A DNA stretch of 64,000 bases from NCBI GenBank assembly GCA_944386165.1, contig CALXAA010000002.1:32695-96694 (forward strand), written 5' to 3'. The position numbers and the translations under genes were made by a program. Every line of letters begins with the position of its first letter. Position 1 is the stretch's first letter. The notes beneath the pieces are model-generated. The model saw only the letters and a program-made list of their open reading frames with translations, was not told the DNA's origin and made no database searches. The DNA is from an uncultured Clostridia bacterium (GTDB lineage: Bacteria > Bacillota > Clostridia > TANB77 > CAG-508). Of the stretch, positions 47,136 through 57,494 are shown in pieces.

Positions 47136-48941
47136 TTATTCAGCCAAATTCTGCTTTTGCAATATCATACCTGATGAATTTCGAATTACAGTTTTTAAAT
47201 TATATTTTTCAATTTCTTCATCAATTTTATCATAATCTCCACCATAATCTATTTTAAATAATACTATATATTCTGTATCACTTTCCATAAATTTATCTAA
47301 ATTTTTAGTTATTTCTCCTGTTGAAGAATCTGTAAAATTATTTGGATTTTTCAATATAGAATAAATCCACCTTGCACGTCCATTATTTCCTTGAGAACGG
47401 CAGAAATATGTGCTTTTCTTTGTTTCATCAGGATCATTTATATTTTTATTATAATAATCTAATATTTTTAATTCATCTGTATATACTAATTCATATTTTT
47501 TACTTATTTCTTCTCCATTGTATTTATATATATCAAAAACGTAAAAATTCTTTTTATATACAATTGCCTCAAAAATTCCTATAGCATAAATTCCAATTAG
47601 TATATATGTTGCTATTTCTATTTTTTTGTTTTTTTGAATAATTATTTTTATTATTTCATAACTACTTGAAACTAATACTATATATGCCATATAGTAAATT
47701 TTGTAAAAATAGTATTCAGAAACAATGCTAAGTTTCATTCCTAATAAAATTAATAAATAAAATACTATTGTTGTAAATAAAAATTTATCATTAAAAATAT
47801 CTTTTTTCTTTATAAAATTATATATTAAATATATTTCTGATAATAATAAATAAGGAATTATGTTTGTAATTAAATTTTCATATATAAATCCTTCTGTTCC
47901 AATTGCAGATATATAATTTATTGGTCCAGAAGTTGTCTGCAATAATGGTAATAAAATAAAATATATTACTCCTATTAATCCAGGAATTACTAGTGTAATT
48001 ATTACATCTAGGAAAATTTCAAAATTAAATAATTTTCTTCCTTTTGCCTTATTATCACTTATTGTTTGCCATAATATAGTAATAAATACTACTGGTGCAA
48101 AATAATAATAAGAAAACATTATTCCGAAATTTAGCAAAAATAAAGCTATTCTCTTATAAAAAGTAGGTAATTTTGCTTTCATTATTATTAGTATTCCTAT
48201 TATTATATCTAGTCCTACTCCTAAATATGAAAATCCTGCAAATAAACTGTTTAGTTGATATGCTAATGCATAAAAAAATGTAAATACTAAAGCAAGTATT
48301 TTATATTTAATATTTTTACTATGCATTGCAAGTAGTACATACATTAATAGTGCGGATAAAATCCAAACTAATATATCAAATAAGAAATATAATTGGCAGA
48401 AAAATGTTTCACTTATAATACCATCAAAAAGTTTTAAGAATATTCCTGTATTTATATATGCTCCTGTCATTAAATAAGATATTCCAATCCAATTTATACT
48501 ATCTGAATTTTCTCTTGGTAATAGTGTTGAATATCTGTAAAAGTCATCAGCTGCAAAGTAATGTGTTGCAGCATCTGTAACACCATGTTTTAATTTAATG
48601 TTTACACTATAATTTTTTATTACTATGGTAATTGTTACAATTAGTATAATTATAACTGCTATTAAATCAACCCAATTAATATAATATTTTTGCATTTTTT
48701 TTGTTTTTATTAATCTAATTATTGGAAAAATTGAAAATATTAAATTTACAATAGATAGATTTAATAATGTGGATTTTATTGTTAAAAAGTACATAATTGT
48801 ACAAATAAAAATATTATAAGCTAATAAAAAACAAGCACTTATAATTATACTAAATATTAAATTTTGTTTTTCTTCTTTTTTATATATTAATAAATATGAT
48901 AAAAATAATACTAATAGTGTTAAAATATATATAATACTCAT
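47136..48941 (-). CDS. Large polytopic membrane protein (>=12 TM) with ~150-aa C-terminal soluble domain; last gene of the Tad-like operon
   Basis: 601-aa ORF; hydrophobic helices throughout; hydrophilic tail from ~aa 450. Confidence 0.4.
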   Translation of the reverse strand: MSIIYILTLLVLFLSYLLIYKKEEKQNLIFSIIISACFLLAYNIFICTIMYFLTIKSTLLNLSIVNLIFSIFPIIRLIKTKKMQKYYINWVDLIAVIIILIVTITIVIKNYSVNIKLKHGVTDAATHYFAADDFYRYSTLLPRENSDSINWIGISYLMTGAYINTGIFLKLFDGIISETFFCQLYFLFDILVWILSALLMYVLLAMHSKNIKYKILALVFTFFYALAYQLNSLFAGFSYLGVGLDIIIGILIIMKAKLPTFYKRIALFLLNFGIMFSYYYFAPVVFITILWQTISDNKAKGRKLFNFEIFLDVIITLVIPGLIGVIYFILLPLLQTTSGPINYISAIGTEGFIYENLITNIIPYLLLSEIYLIYNFIKKKDIFNDKFLFTTIVFYLLILLGMKLSIVSEYYFYKIYYMAYIVLVSSSYEIIKIIIQKNKKIEIATYILIGIYAIGIFEAIVYKKNFYVFDIYKYNGEEISKKYELVYTDELKILDYYNKNINDPDETKKSTYFCRSQGNNGRARWIYSILKNPNNFTDSSTGEITKNLDKFMESDTEYIVLFKIDYGGDYDKIDEEIEKYNLKTVIRNSSGMILQKQNLAE

Positions 48942-48990
48942 TGCAATAAATTACCTTTCTTAAGCACGTCAAAATTTTACATATATAAAT

Positions 48991-49527
48991 TTATGTTGTA
49001 GCTCCATTTACTGCAATTGTTCCAGAAGCTGTAGCAACTATTATATGTAAATCTTCTCCTTTTATTTTATAATAAATATTTTTAATAGATTGTGATAATG
49101 TTTTACTAGTATTTCTTGCAGTTACAAAAATTATATCATCTTCTTTTAATACTATTTTGTCTGCTCCTCCATCTGTATTAGATAACTTATCTTCTATTTG
49201 ACTTGTATAAATTGAATAATATTCATTTTGTCCGATTTCTTGACTTTCTTCAGTATATTTTTGTGATGCATTTTTATCTAAGATTTTCACTTCAATATCA
49301 ACTTCATAAGTGTTTCCTGAACTATTCAATCTATTTAAATATCTTTGATAATTTTCATTAGTAATTACTCCATTTTTTAGGACTTCATCTACAAAAGAAG
49401 CTGTTGCATTTTGAGCTACCAATTGTGCTATATCATCATTTCTATCTGATAATAAAACTAATGGAACTAAAAACATTAATACTGCTGCTACAATTATTCC
49501 AATTATTGATGTAGGTGTATCTTCCAT
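48991..49527 (-). CDS. Membrane-anchored protein in Tad-like locus (single N-terminal TM; possible pseudopilin/TadE-G-like)
   Basis: MEDTPTSIIGIIVAAVLMFLVPLVLLS; RBS AAAGGAGG. Confidence 0.4.
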   Translation of the reverse strand: MEDTPTSIIGIIVAAVLMFLVPLVLLSDRNDDIAQLVAQNATASFVDEVLKNGVITNENYQRYLNRLNSSGNTYEVDIEVKILDKNASQKYTEESQEIGQNEYYSIYTSQIEDKLSNTDGGADKIVLKEDDIIFVTARNTSKTLSQSIKNIYYKIKGEDLHIIVATASGTIAVNGATT

Positions 49528-49552
49528 ACCCAGCCTCCTTTTATAAAAATTT

Positions 49553-50245
49553 TTATTGATATAATTTATAAGTTATAATTCTTTTTTTGGTCTTATTTAT
49601 TTCTGCAACTTGAGTTTCAGGTATTTCTGTACCTGCTTCAGCATCTTCTTGGTAATATTCACCTAAGATTTCAATAAATTTTTTGTCTACTAAAAAGTCA
49701 TATAATCCATCTGGATAATATATTTGTCTTTTATATTTTGTATAATATTTTTTATCGTCTTTTTGATAATTATTTCCATATAAAATAAAGTCTAAGTGTT
49801 GTATTGCATCTTCAACACCGCCTAAAACTTCTTCCTCTAGATCAACAAAATTAATTTCAATTTCTTCTCCATAATCATCTTTTTCTCTAGGCAAAACAGT
49901 AACACTTTCTCCATCAACAATTTCAGTTTCTTTACTACTATTTCTTGTCTTATAATATAAAGTAATAGGGTTACCATTTTGGTCTAAAAATAATATTTTA
50001 TAATTTTCTTTATATGCTTTATACATTGCAGGAACAATTGTTTCAACTCCAACAATTCGGTTATTATTTTCATCTACACCATTTGCTTCTGTAACATATA
50101 CATAACTTTGAGTTTTGTCTTCATTTGTCATTATATTTGTAATTGCTCTTGTAGCATTAGAAAAAGTGGATATACTAAGAGAAAGTGCAACTACAAATAT
50201 TAATACTCCAAATCCAATTTCCAATGCTTTGGTTGCGTTCTCCAT
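49553..50245 (-). CDS. Pilin-like protein paralog 4 (conserved MENATKAL N-terminus)
   Basis: MENATKALEIGFGVLIFVVALSLSIS; 5' end and RBS AGGAAAGGAG near-identical to three neighbouring genes. Confidence 0.5.
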   Translation of the reverse strand: MENATKALEIGFGVLIFVVALSLSISTFSNATRAITNIMTNEDKTQSYVYVTEANGVDENNNRIVGVETIVPAMYKAYKENYKILFLDQNGNPITLYYKTRNSSKETEIVDGESVTVLPREKDDYGEEIEINFVDLEEEVLGGVEDAIQHLDFILYGNNYQKDDKKYYTKYKRQIYYPDGLYDFLVDKKFIEILGEYYQEDAEAGTEIPETQVAEINKTKKRIITYKLYQ

Positions 50246-50274
50246 AATATATCCCTCCTTTCCTATGCTTAATT

Positions 50275-50694
50275 TTAGTTACTACCAGAACTTCCTACTT
50301 CTGTAACTGTAATTGATGTAATTAATCCAGAATTTTTGTCTTTATTACAAACTACAGTATATCTTTTACCTGTTCCTACACTAGGTTGTGTATCTGCATC
50401 TATAGCTAAAGTAACAGCACCATCTATACTGATTTTTCTTGTATCATCTGATTCTGTTAAATTATGTTGATAAACAGTTTTTATAAGAGAATTTACTCTT
50501 GAACCTGCTACAGAAGTTCCTTCATAGTTTTCATATGTAGAGTTAAATGTATTTATTTCAAGATTAGATAAAGCTTCTTCTCCACCTTGTAATTGGTCTT
50601 GTCCCATACCTACTACATATACTCCTAATGAAATTATAATTATTACAATTAATACTGCTGCCGCAATTAAAAGGGCTTTTGTTGCGTTCTCCAT
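50275..50694 (-). CDS. Pilin-like protein paralog 3 (start taken at MENATKAL ATG; track ORF begins at a GTG 9 nt upstream)
   Basis: MENATKALLIAAAVLIVIIIISLGVYVVG. Confidence 0.5.
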   Translation of the reverse strand: MENATKALLIAAAVLIVIIIISLGVYVVGMGQDQLQGGEEALSNLEINTFNSTYENYEGTSVAGSRVNSLIKTVYQHNLTESDDTRKISIDGAVTLAIDADTQPSVGTGKRYTVVCNKDKNSGLITSITVTEVGSSGSN

Positions 50695-50750
50695 ATAATT
50701 CACATCCTTCCATTTTTATTTTTTATATAAAATTGAATTTTAAAAACTTA

Positions 50751-51176
50751 TTAAATTTGTTCAAATAAAATATATTTTATTCTTCCATTTTTTTCATTAT
50801 ATTCTACTTTTGATGATTTAAATTTTGCATCTAAGAAAAACTGAACAAATTGTTCTGTTCCTTGATTGTAAATTTGCTCCATCTTATATGTCTTTTCACC
50901 TTCAGTAAGATATATTTCTATTTCTATTGAGTTTTCGTCATTTTGTATAAAAAAATTATTTTCATCTTTTTCTACACCATTTTTTATGTTTTTATCAACT
51001 GCTTTATTAATAATTGATGCAATATCTATTCCATAAATTTCCTTGTTTAAATAAATTTCAAATTCTTCATTTTCAGCAAAGATTTGACTTTTATTTATAG
51101 CAATAGAATGATAATTAAATAAAATAATGCATACAATTATAACAACAATTGCCAAAATTATTAATATTTTTTTCAT
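50751..51176 (-). CDS. Small membrane-anchored protein in Tad-like locus (start taken at MKKILIILAIVV)
   Basis: Single TM; RBS AGAGGA 4-5 nt upstream of ATG 51176. Confidence 0.4.
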   Translation of the reverse strand: MKKILIILAIVVIIVCIILFNYHSIAINKSQIFAENEEFEIYLNKEIYGIDIASIINKAVDKNIKNGVEKDENNFFIQNDENSIEIEIYLTEGEKTYKMEQIYNQGTEQFVQFFLDAKFKSSKVEYNEKNGRIKYILFEQI

Positions 51177-51227
51177 AAATTCCTCTTTAATTATAACATT
51201 TATGTTTTTTATTCGCAATAATTTAAA

Positions 51228-51731
51228 TTAAATTTTTTCAAATGTTATTTTATATACTCTTTTTGAATCTGTACTTACATCAATTTTATTGCATTTATAT
51301 TTAGAGCTATAATTATATTGTAACCATTCAGATAAAAGTTCCGGATCCCCAACAACTCTTTCTAAACTTTCATATGTTGCACTTGTTTCTTCACCTGTTT
51401 TTGGACTAATATATCCTTTTATTGTCACTTGAACATAGTTTGTAGTTCCATCACCTATATAAGAATCTCCAGTTAATTCATTTTCAAAATTGTTATCATA
51501 AGCAATATTTGCAACTGTAATAACATCTTGAAATGAAAGTTCTTCATTTTCTTCTGTTTGGTAATTAAAAAATTGAGTATTAAATTTATTTATAGCATTA
51601 TTTTCTATTATTTCCTGTGTTTCACTCATATAAGAACTTATTCCACTAAATAAATAAACTCCCATGGATAATATTATCATTCCTATTAGTACACCTGCCG
51701 CTATAAGCAAGGCTTTTGTTGCATTCTCCAT
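51228..51731 (-). CDS. Pilin-like protein paralog 2
   Basis: MENATKALLIAAGVLIGMIILSMGVYLFS; RBS AAAGGAG. Confidence 0.5.
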   Translation of the reverse strand: MENATKALLIAAGVLIGMIILSMGVYLFSGISSYMSETQEIIENNAINKFNTQFFNYQTEENEELSFQDVITVANIAYDNNFENELTGDSYIGDGTTNYVQVTIKGYISPKTGEETSATYESLERVVGDPELLSEWLQYNYSSKYKCNKIDVSTDSKRVYKITFEKI

Positions 51732-51747
51732 TAATACTCCTTTCTTA

Positions 51748-52584
51748 TTAATTAAGAATTATATTACCATTACTGTCAGTACAAACTCTAAAACTCATTT
51801 TATTTACTCTACCTGTAACAGAATCATATTCTAATTCAATACAATCAAAGTGTGCTCTTTTAAATTGAGTAAACTCATAATATTTTAAAGTAACATCTTT
51901 TATAGTTGAAACCATATCTACATATTGAGAATCTGTAGTATATGTTGTGGTATTTGAACCACAAACATTTACTTTGAAAATATTCTTTAGTAAATTTGCT
52001 CTTTTTCTTCTTGCTTCATTTCTATTAGAAATTTCATATTCATTTGATGCTCCACTATTAGTTTCTTCAACCATAATGTTTGCAATATTTGATGATAATT
52101 GTTGCAATAGAGTTTCTGTTATTCGAACAGATCCAGAAACTGATTGTAAAGTACTTATTAAACCTGTTGATGGGTCATTAACTCTACTTGAAAAATCATT
52201 TAATTTATTTTCTGTAATTTTGCTATTTGATCCACTCAAAAGATATTTATTACTATTTGCACTTTCATAATTAAATTGTTTAAACAAATCTGTACTTATA
52301 AAATCAACTTCAAACTCCATTTCTGCATAACCATTTTCAGGTTCTGTAGCATTATAATCATCAACCATATTCATAATTGAAAGTAATTCATTACCTCTAA
52401 TTTCTTGATTTTCATAACTTTCAAATTTTTTATTAAATTCTAATCTTTGTTGTTCTTCTGTCTTATTACTATTACTTTGATAAAAACCAGAAACTTGATT
52501 ATACAGTAACAAAAGTGCTGATAATATTATTAATCCAATTAATACACTAGCAACAATTAGTAAAGCTTTTGTTGCATTTTCCAT
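51748..52584 (-). CDS. Pilin-like protein paralog 1 (largest, 278 aa)
   Basis: MENATKALLIVASVLIGLIILSALLLLYNQ; RBS GAAAGGAG. Confidence 0.5.
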   Translation of the reverse strand: MENATKALLIVASVLIGLIILSALLLLYNQVSGFYQSNSNKTEEQQRLEFNKKFESYENQEIRGNELLSIMNMVDDYNATEPENGYAEMEFEVDFISTDLFKQFNYESANSNKYLLSGSNSKITENKLNDFSSRVNDPSTGLISTLQSVSGSVRITETLLQQLSSNIANIMVEETNSGASNEYEISNRNEARRKRANLLKNIFKVNVCGSNTTTYTTDSQYVDMVSTIKDVTLKYYEFTQFKRAHFDCIELEYDSVTGRVNKMSFRVCTDSNGNIILN

Positions 52585-52611
52585 ATAATCAAACTCCTTT
52601 CCTATTAAATT

Positions 52612-54687
52612 TTATTGTAGTCCTGAAAATGCTCCAGACATACTTGTTAGTCCAATAAATACTAGTGGTACAATTAAGTATCCAACAAATAGACAAATTA
52701 ATGGGGCAAAACCTACCACTTTTCCTATTATACCTTTTTTAGATATAAATTGTTCATTTGTAGCTTTTCTCTTTTCTCTATGATAATCTCTATCTGCATC
52801 TAGCTCATCAAATGCCTCTCTAATTGGAATTTTTTCTACTGCTGCTTGCAAGCTTTCTACAATTCTTATCATAGCTTGATTTGATACTGAATTCTTTAGT
52901 TCTTCTAATGCCTCCCATGCTCCTGCTTCATAGTTATTTACACATTTTGAAATTGGTTCTTTAAATATATTAGAATATCTTTCTAGCCATTCAAGAATCA
53001 TTTCTACATTAACTCTTTCAATTTTCATAAGCATTAAAATAATTGTTTGGAATTGCATTACTTCGTTTTCCATTTCCATTTGTCTCATTCGTTTTTGGAA
53101 CATCATTAACCATACTGGTGCCATATATCCAACTATTGCAAATCCAATTGCTAATAATTCTTCAAACCATTTCATGCTTTCAGAATTAACTACATCTAAT
53201 TTGCCTAAAATTCTCTCAGCATCAGTTTCTAAATTTTCATCTGTTTCTGTATAATATTTAGATTTTATCATTTCATCTTGAATATCTTCAACTGTAATAT
53301 CAAGATCACCTTTTAATTTATTTATAAAATAATTATCTTGCTCAGTTAATTCCATAGCATTTTGCAAGTCTTTATCAGACATCGTACCAAGAACCTGAGT
53401 TCTTGTAGTTGGTTCAGTATAAACATAATTAATTGCTAGTTTATGTAATTGTGCAGTAAATACAATTGTTGCAATAAAAGTAACTATAAATAGTGCTATT
53501 CTATTTACATATACCCATTCCATTTTTGATTTTGATGCAGAATCTTTTAGCAATTTCTGTATTTTTTTATAATCTTTTGAACCTGGCTTTGGAACAAATA
53601 AATTTATAAATTTTTTCAAAATTGGATTTTTATATACTTTTTCTTGCCAAGGGTGTTCATTGTTTGTTGCTGTTTGAACTCCTCCATTATCTTTCAATTT
53701 TCTAGTTAAGATATAAGAAACAACTGTTAATATAACAATTAAAATTTGAGCAATCATTCCTAATTTCCCATTGTAAAAGCTACTAGTAAATGAGAAGTTC
53801 GACATACACCAACTTTTTAATGGCTCTAACAATAAAACTGGCACAATTGAAATTACAGATAAACTCTGAAAAACATAATTTAATTTATCTCTTTTTAAAA
53901 TTTCAATTTGCATTTCTTGTGTAATGTTATCTATGTTTTTTAAATATAAAGAAGAATTATCCTTATCTTTTCTATCTCCAAATTCTTTTGTCATATATGA
54001 TATACCAGCAAACTCTTTTAAATAACTGTTTGGAGCCACATCATAATATTTTTCAAGTTCTGTTTCAGGATCATCAGAAATTAAAATTTCATAAATTTTT
54101 TCACCTTGTTTAGAAACATTTTTTTCATCATCTAGTGAGACTTGGTAAATTGCTTCTTCAACCATATTAAATTCGTGATATGCATGTCTAATTTCTGCAA
54201 AAAAATCTACTTGTTCTTTTAACAAGTTATTATCAATTTTATCTACCATTCCATCAACCATTGTATCTATAATGAAAAGTTCAAAAATTAATAAAATACT
54301 CATTAATAAGAAATTTTCTCTTGTTAAAGAAATTGTAATTAGTATGACTGGTATTAAAATTATAATAGCCTTAAATAATATCTTTGCCGAATCTCTTCTT
54401 GTGGCATATTCATCATCTATGTTTATAATCTCTAATCTTCTACGAAGTTTATATAAATATCTTTTTAAGAAAGGTATTTTATTAAAGATAATATATGCTT
54501 TTTGATAAAAAACCTCAATTGAGAAACTGCTACTTCTAGTTCCTTGTTGTAACTTTTTTATTTGTCGGTATTCTGATTTTGCAAGTTTCTTATTCAAAAT
54601 TACATATGCTATAATAATTAACACAAATAATCCTATTGCGCCAAATAATATATATTTTAGCATATCTGTATTCATTAAATCAAACAC
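52612..54687 (-). CDS. Fused TadB/TadC-like (GspF/T2SSF-type) platform membrane protein
   Basis: 691 aa with two blocks of paired TM helices separated by cytoplasmic helical domains; immediately downstream of the CpaF-like ATPase. Confidence 0.5.
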   Translation of the reverse strand: MFDLMNTDMLKYILFGAIGLFVLIIIAYVILNKKLAKSEYRQIKKLQQGTRSSSFSIEVFYQKAYIIFNKIPFLKRYLYKLRRRLEIINIDDEYATRRDSAKILFKAIIILIPVILITISLTRENFLLMSILLIFELFIIDTMVDGMVDKIDNNLLKEQVDFFAEIRHAYHEFNMVEEAIYQVSLDDEKNVSKQGEKIYEILISDDPETELEKYYDVAPNSYLKEFAGISYMTKEFGDRKDKDNSSLYLKNIDNITQEMQIEILKRDKLNYVFQSLSVISIVPVLLLEPLKSWCMSNFSFTSSFYNGKLGMIAQILIVILTVVSYILTRKLKDNGGVQTATNNEHPWQEKVYKNPILKKFINLFVPKPGSKDYKKIQKLLKDSASKSKMEWVYVNRIALFIVTFIATIVFTAQLHKLAINYVYTEPTTRTQVLGTMSDKDLQNAMELTEQDNYFINKLKGDLDITVEDIQDEMIKSKYYTETDENLETDAERILGKLDVVNSESMKWFEELLAIGFAIVGYMAPVWLMMFQKRMRQMEMENEVMQFQTIILMLMKIERVNVEMILEWLERYSNIFKEPISKCVNNYEAGAWEALEELKNSVSNQAMIRIVESLQAAVEKIPIREAFDELDADRDYHREKRKATNEQFISKKGIIGKVVGFAPLICLFVGYLIVPLVFIGLTSMSGAFSGLQ

Positions 54688-54714
54688 CTCTCCTTCTATA
54701 GTATATTTAACATA

Positions 54715-56622
54715 TTATTTATTTTTGCTTTTCACAGACTTTCCCCATGTATTTTCAATAAATTTATCAAATTCAATTGCATCTGCCTCATCCATATTTG
54801 CTCTCATCTCACTAATATTTTGGTCAGAAATTTTATTTGTTAATTGGTATTCTCCATCTATATATTCTAATACATTTTGATAAACATAAAGTTTTTGTTC
54901 TGTAACTTTTGAAAAATATGTTGTTGCATTATCAAAAAATTTAACCCATTTATCATCCATATTTTTTTCAGTTCTATAATCGTAATTGTATTCTGAAGTA
55001 TCTTTTACTGGTATACATTCTGTTACTCTTTCTATATATCTTCTACCTCTAAAGTCTTTTTTTAAGTGAATATCAAAATTTAAAACTTGTACAACTTGTT
55101 CTTCTGCAGTTTTTTCATTTGTAAATACTCCTGCTCTTAACATTGAGTTTCTTAAAGCAGTTACTAAATCTGGGAATGTTTTAGCATGGTGAGTAAATAA
55201 AGTAAATTTAGAAGCAACTTGTGCAGATTGTATCATCCAAGATGCTACTGGGTCTGTTGCAACCTCACCAATGATATTAACAGAACCATCTGTTTTTTTC
55301 TGTACGTCCAAACACTCTTGACCAGAAATTGTATCTGTTTCACGCATTGATAAAATATTTCTAGTTGGATATACTTTTCTTAAGTGTAACTCAAATGCAG
55401 TTTCTGTAATACGTAAGTTCATTGTTTCATATATATTTTCAATTAATCCCATAAGTAATGTTGTTTTACCACAACCCTGCTCACCAGTAATTGAAACAAT
55501 TCTTGCACCTTTTACAAGATATTTTAATAAATCAATTGCTTTTTCCTTTCCTTGCATATCTCCTGTCCATTGTTCAACTGTTGCAAGTTTTACGTCAAAT
55601 TTTCTTACGAAAAATGCCCATGTTTCAGACATACTTGGTCTTACTACAACAACACGTGATCCGTCTTTCATTTCATTGATTTTATATCCATTTGTATCAG
55701 ACAATTGTCCTGGGTTATTATACTTATAAATATTTTGGCATACTCTTTTTAATTCTGATTCTGATCCAAATGATAAAAATGCTAAACGTATTGATTTACC
55801 TTGGAAAAATATCCAAATACTATCACATGCACGTGGAACTTTATGTTCAGCTACTTGTTCTATATAATCACCAGCTCCAGATTGTGCTACTTGATTTAAG
55901 AAACTTTCTGGTAAACCAGATACACCACCAGATACACCATCTATATTCATGTCTCTTATTTCATCTATAGAACTATATCCTTTATAATGTTGATAAATTC
56001 GTTGAACAACTACTTCTAATTTGTCTCTAAAATTAAGTATAAATCTTTCTTTTTCATAAATTTCATCAATTTCTTCAGCTGTAATAACATAAGATGGTTT
56101 TGTTTCACCTTGTAAATATTTTAAAGAAGCTAGATTATATCTTTTAATAAGTTCTGTTAAAGCTTCATATCCAAATTCTTTTTTATACATATATAGTAAA
56201 ATGTCAAATTTATCTTGTGATGATAATAAAGATGGCACATCAAAAGGGATTGCTCTAGATATGTTAGTTTCATCAACACCATATTCTTTTTCTAATATAT
56301 CAGATATTAATTCTTTTACATATTTTTTATCATTAATATCTCCATATGTACAACCTTTCAAAGCTTTTTTTAATGCATATTTTTTATTTTTTCTTCTCTT
56401 TAATTCCTCTTCAGAAAGTCCAATATCATATAAGTTTACTTTTGTAATTTCATCTAATCTCTTTTTTACATACTCTCTCATTACATCAATAGTGTATGTT
56501 TTATCATCTTTTTCAACTTCAGTTTCTACTTCAGCATTTTTGTTTTTATTTATATAATATAATAATAGTATAATAGCTATTATAAAAACTAAAATTATTA
56601 AAAGTATATTAAATAATGTCAT
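54715..56622 (-). CDS. CpaF/TadA/VirB11-family secretion ATPase with unusual N-terminal TM anchor and ~330-aa extension
   Basis: Walker A GEQGCGKTTLL; Walker B-like IIGEVATD; His-box FTHHAKT; N-terminus MTLFNILLIILVFIIAIILLLYY is hydrophobic. Confidence 0.6.
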   Translation of the reverse strand: MTLFNILLIILVFIIAIILLLYYINKNKNAEVETEVEKDDKTYTIDVMREYVKKRLDEITKVNLYDIGLSEEELKRRKNKKYALKKALKGCTYGDINDKKYVKELISDILEKEYGVDETNISRAIPFDVPSLLSSQDKFDILLYMYKKEFGYEALTELIKRYNLASLKYLQGETKPSYVITAEEIDEIYEKERFILNFRDKLEVVVQRIYQHYKGYSSIDEIRDMNIDGVSGGVSGLPESFLNQVAQSGAGDYIEQVAEHKVPRACDSIWIFFQGKSIRLAFLSFGSESELKRVCQNIYKYNNPGQLSDTNGYKINEMKDGSRVVVVRPSMSETWAFFVRKFDVKLATVEQWTGDMQGKEKAIDLLKYLVKGARIVSITGEQGCGKTTLLMGLIENIYETMNLRITETAFELHLRKVYPTRNILSMRETDTISGQECLDVQKKTDGSVNIIGEVATDPVASWMIQSAQVASKFTLFTHHAKTFPDLVTALRNSMLRAGVFTNEKTAEEQVVQVLNFDIHLKKDFRGRRYIERVTECIPVKDTSEYNYDYRTEKNMDDKWVKFFDNATTYFSKVTEQKLYVYQNVLEYIDGEYQLTNKISDQNISEMRANMDEADAIEFDKFIENTWGKSVKSKNK

Positions 56623-56626
56623 CTTA

Positions 56627-57457
56627 TCACCTCATTTGCAATTCTTGTAATCTATTTATTATGAACTCTGCTACTTTTTGCACTTCTTTCATAAAAAAGT
56701 AATTTTTATCTGTATTATCTTTTATATTACTTAATTTTAAGAATAAATCCATAACATTAGCTTCTTCTGAAGCTTCAAAATATAAAGTATTATAAGGAAT
56801 TACTAATAATTCTCCCTTTTCTTCTAAATATTTCCCAAGATTTTTTTTATTATATTTTGAGTCATTATCATATTTAGCTATTAGTACAGAATTTTTTAAA
56901 GAATTTAGATTTTTATCTTTGTTTTTTAGGTTTATATAGTTCTCAATATCGGAAAGTTTTTGAGTTGTAACATATAAATTCAAGTCTGAAATTTCTAGAA
57001 TCTGTTTTTTAATTTCCATATTTAAACGTCCATCTAAATCTACTAAAACAATGTCATAATATTGATTTGCTACTTGTAATACTTTACAATAGTTTTGATA
57101 TATCTCATTATAAATTTCTACATTTTTACCTGCAACATTATCAGATAAAGCACTAAAACCAAATAATACTTCAAATCTTCCTTTTAAAATCGCATGAGAA
57201 TAATCTGTTATAACACTTGGTTCAATTTTATTACTTGTAATTAATCTCATAAGTCCTTCTATACCATTTTCTACTTCTAAGCTGCCTGGTTCACTTATAA
57301 GTTTGCTTTTATTTTTATTTTCTTTCCAAAAGCATCTTTTAACAGTTTCATCATTAACACTTGTAGAGACTAATAATATTTTTAAATTACGTTCAATGGC
57401 CATTTTAGTTGCAATAGCAACTGTCGAAAGTGTTTGTCCGATTTGTTTTTTTATCAC
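56627..57457 (-). CDS. Degenerate ParA/MinD/CpaE-like protein (pseudo-ATPase; Walker A lost)
   Basis: TVAIATKMAIERNLKILLVS in place of GGKGGVGKTT; retains YYDIVLVDLDG Walker B-like block. Confidence 0.45.
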   Translation of the reverse strand: MIKKQIGQTLSTVAIATKMAIERNLKILLVSTSVNDETVKRCFWKENKNKSKLISEPGSLEVENGIEGLMRLITSNKIEPSVITDYSHAILKGRFEVLFGFSALSDNVAGKNVEIYNEIYQNYCKVLQVANQYYDIVLVDLDGRLNMEIKKQILEISDLNLYVTTQKLSDIENYINLKNKDKNLNSLKNSVLIAKYDNDSKYNKKNLGKYLEEKGELLVIPYNTLYFEASEEANVMDLFLKLSNIKDNTDKNYFFMKEVQKVAEFIINRLQELQMR

Positions 57458-57494
57458 TACTCCATAAAGTTACAATTGACATCCTTTTTCTCCT

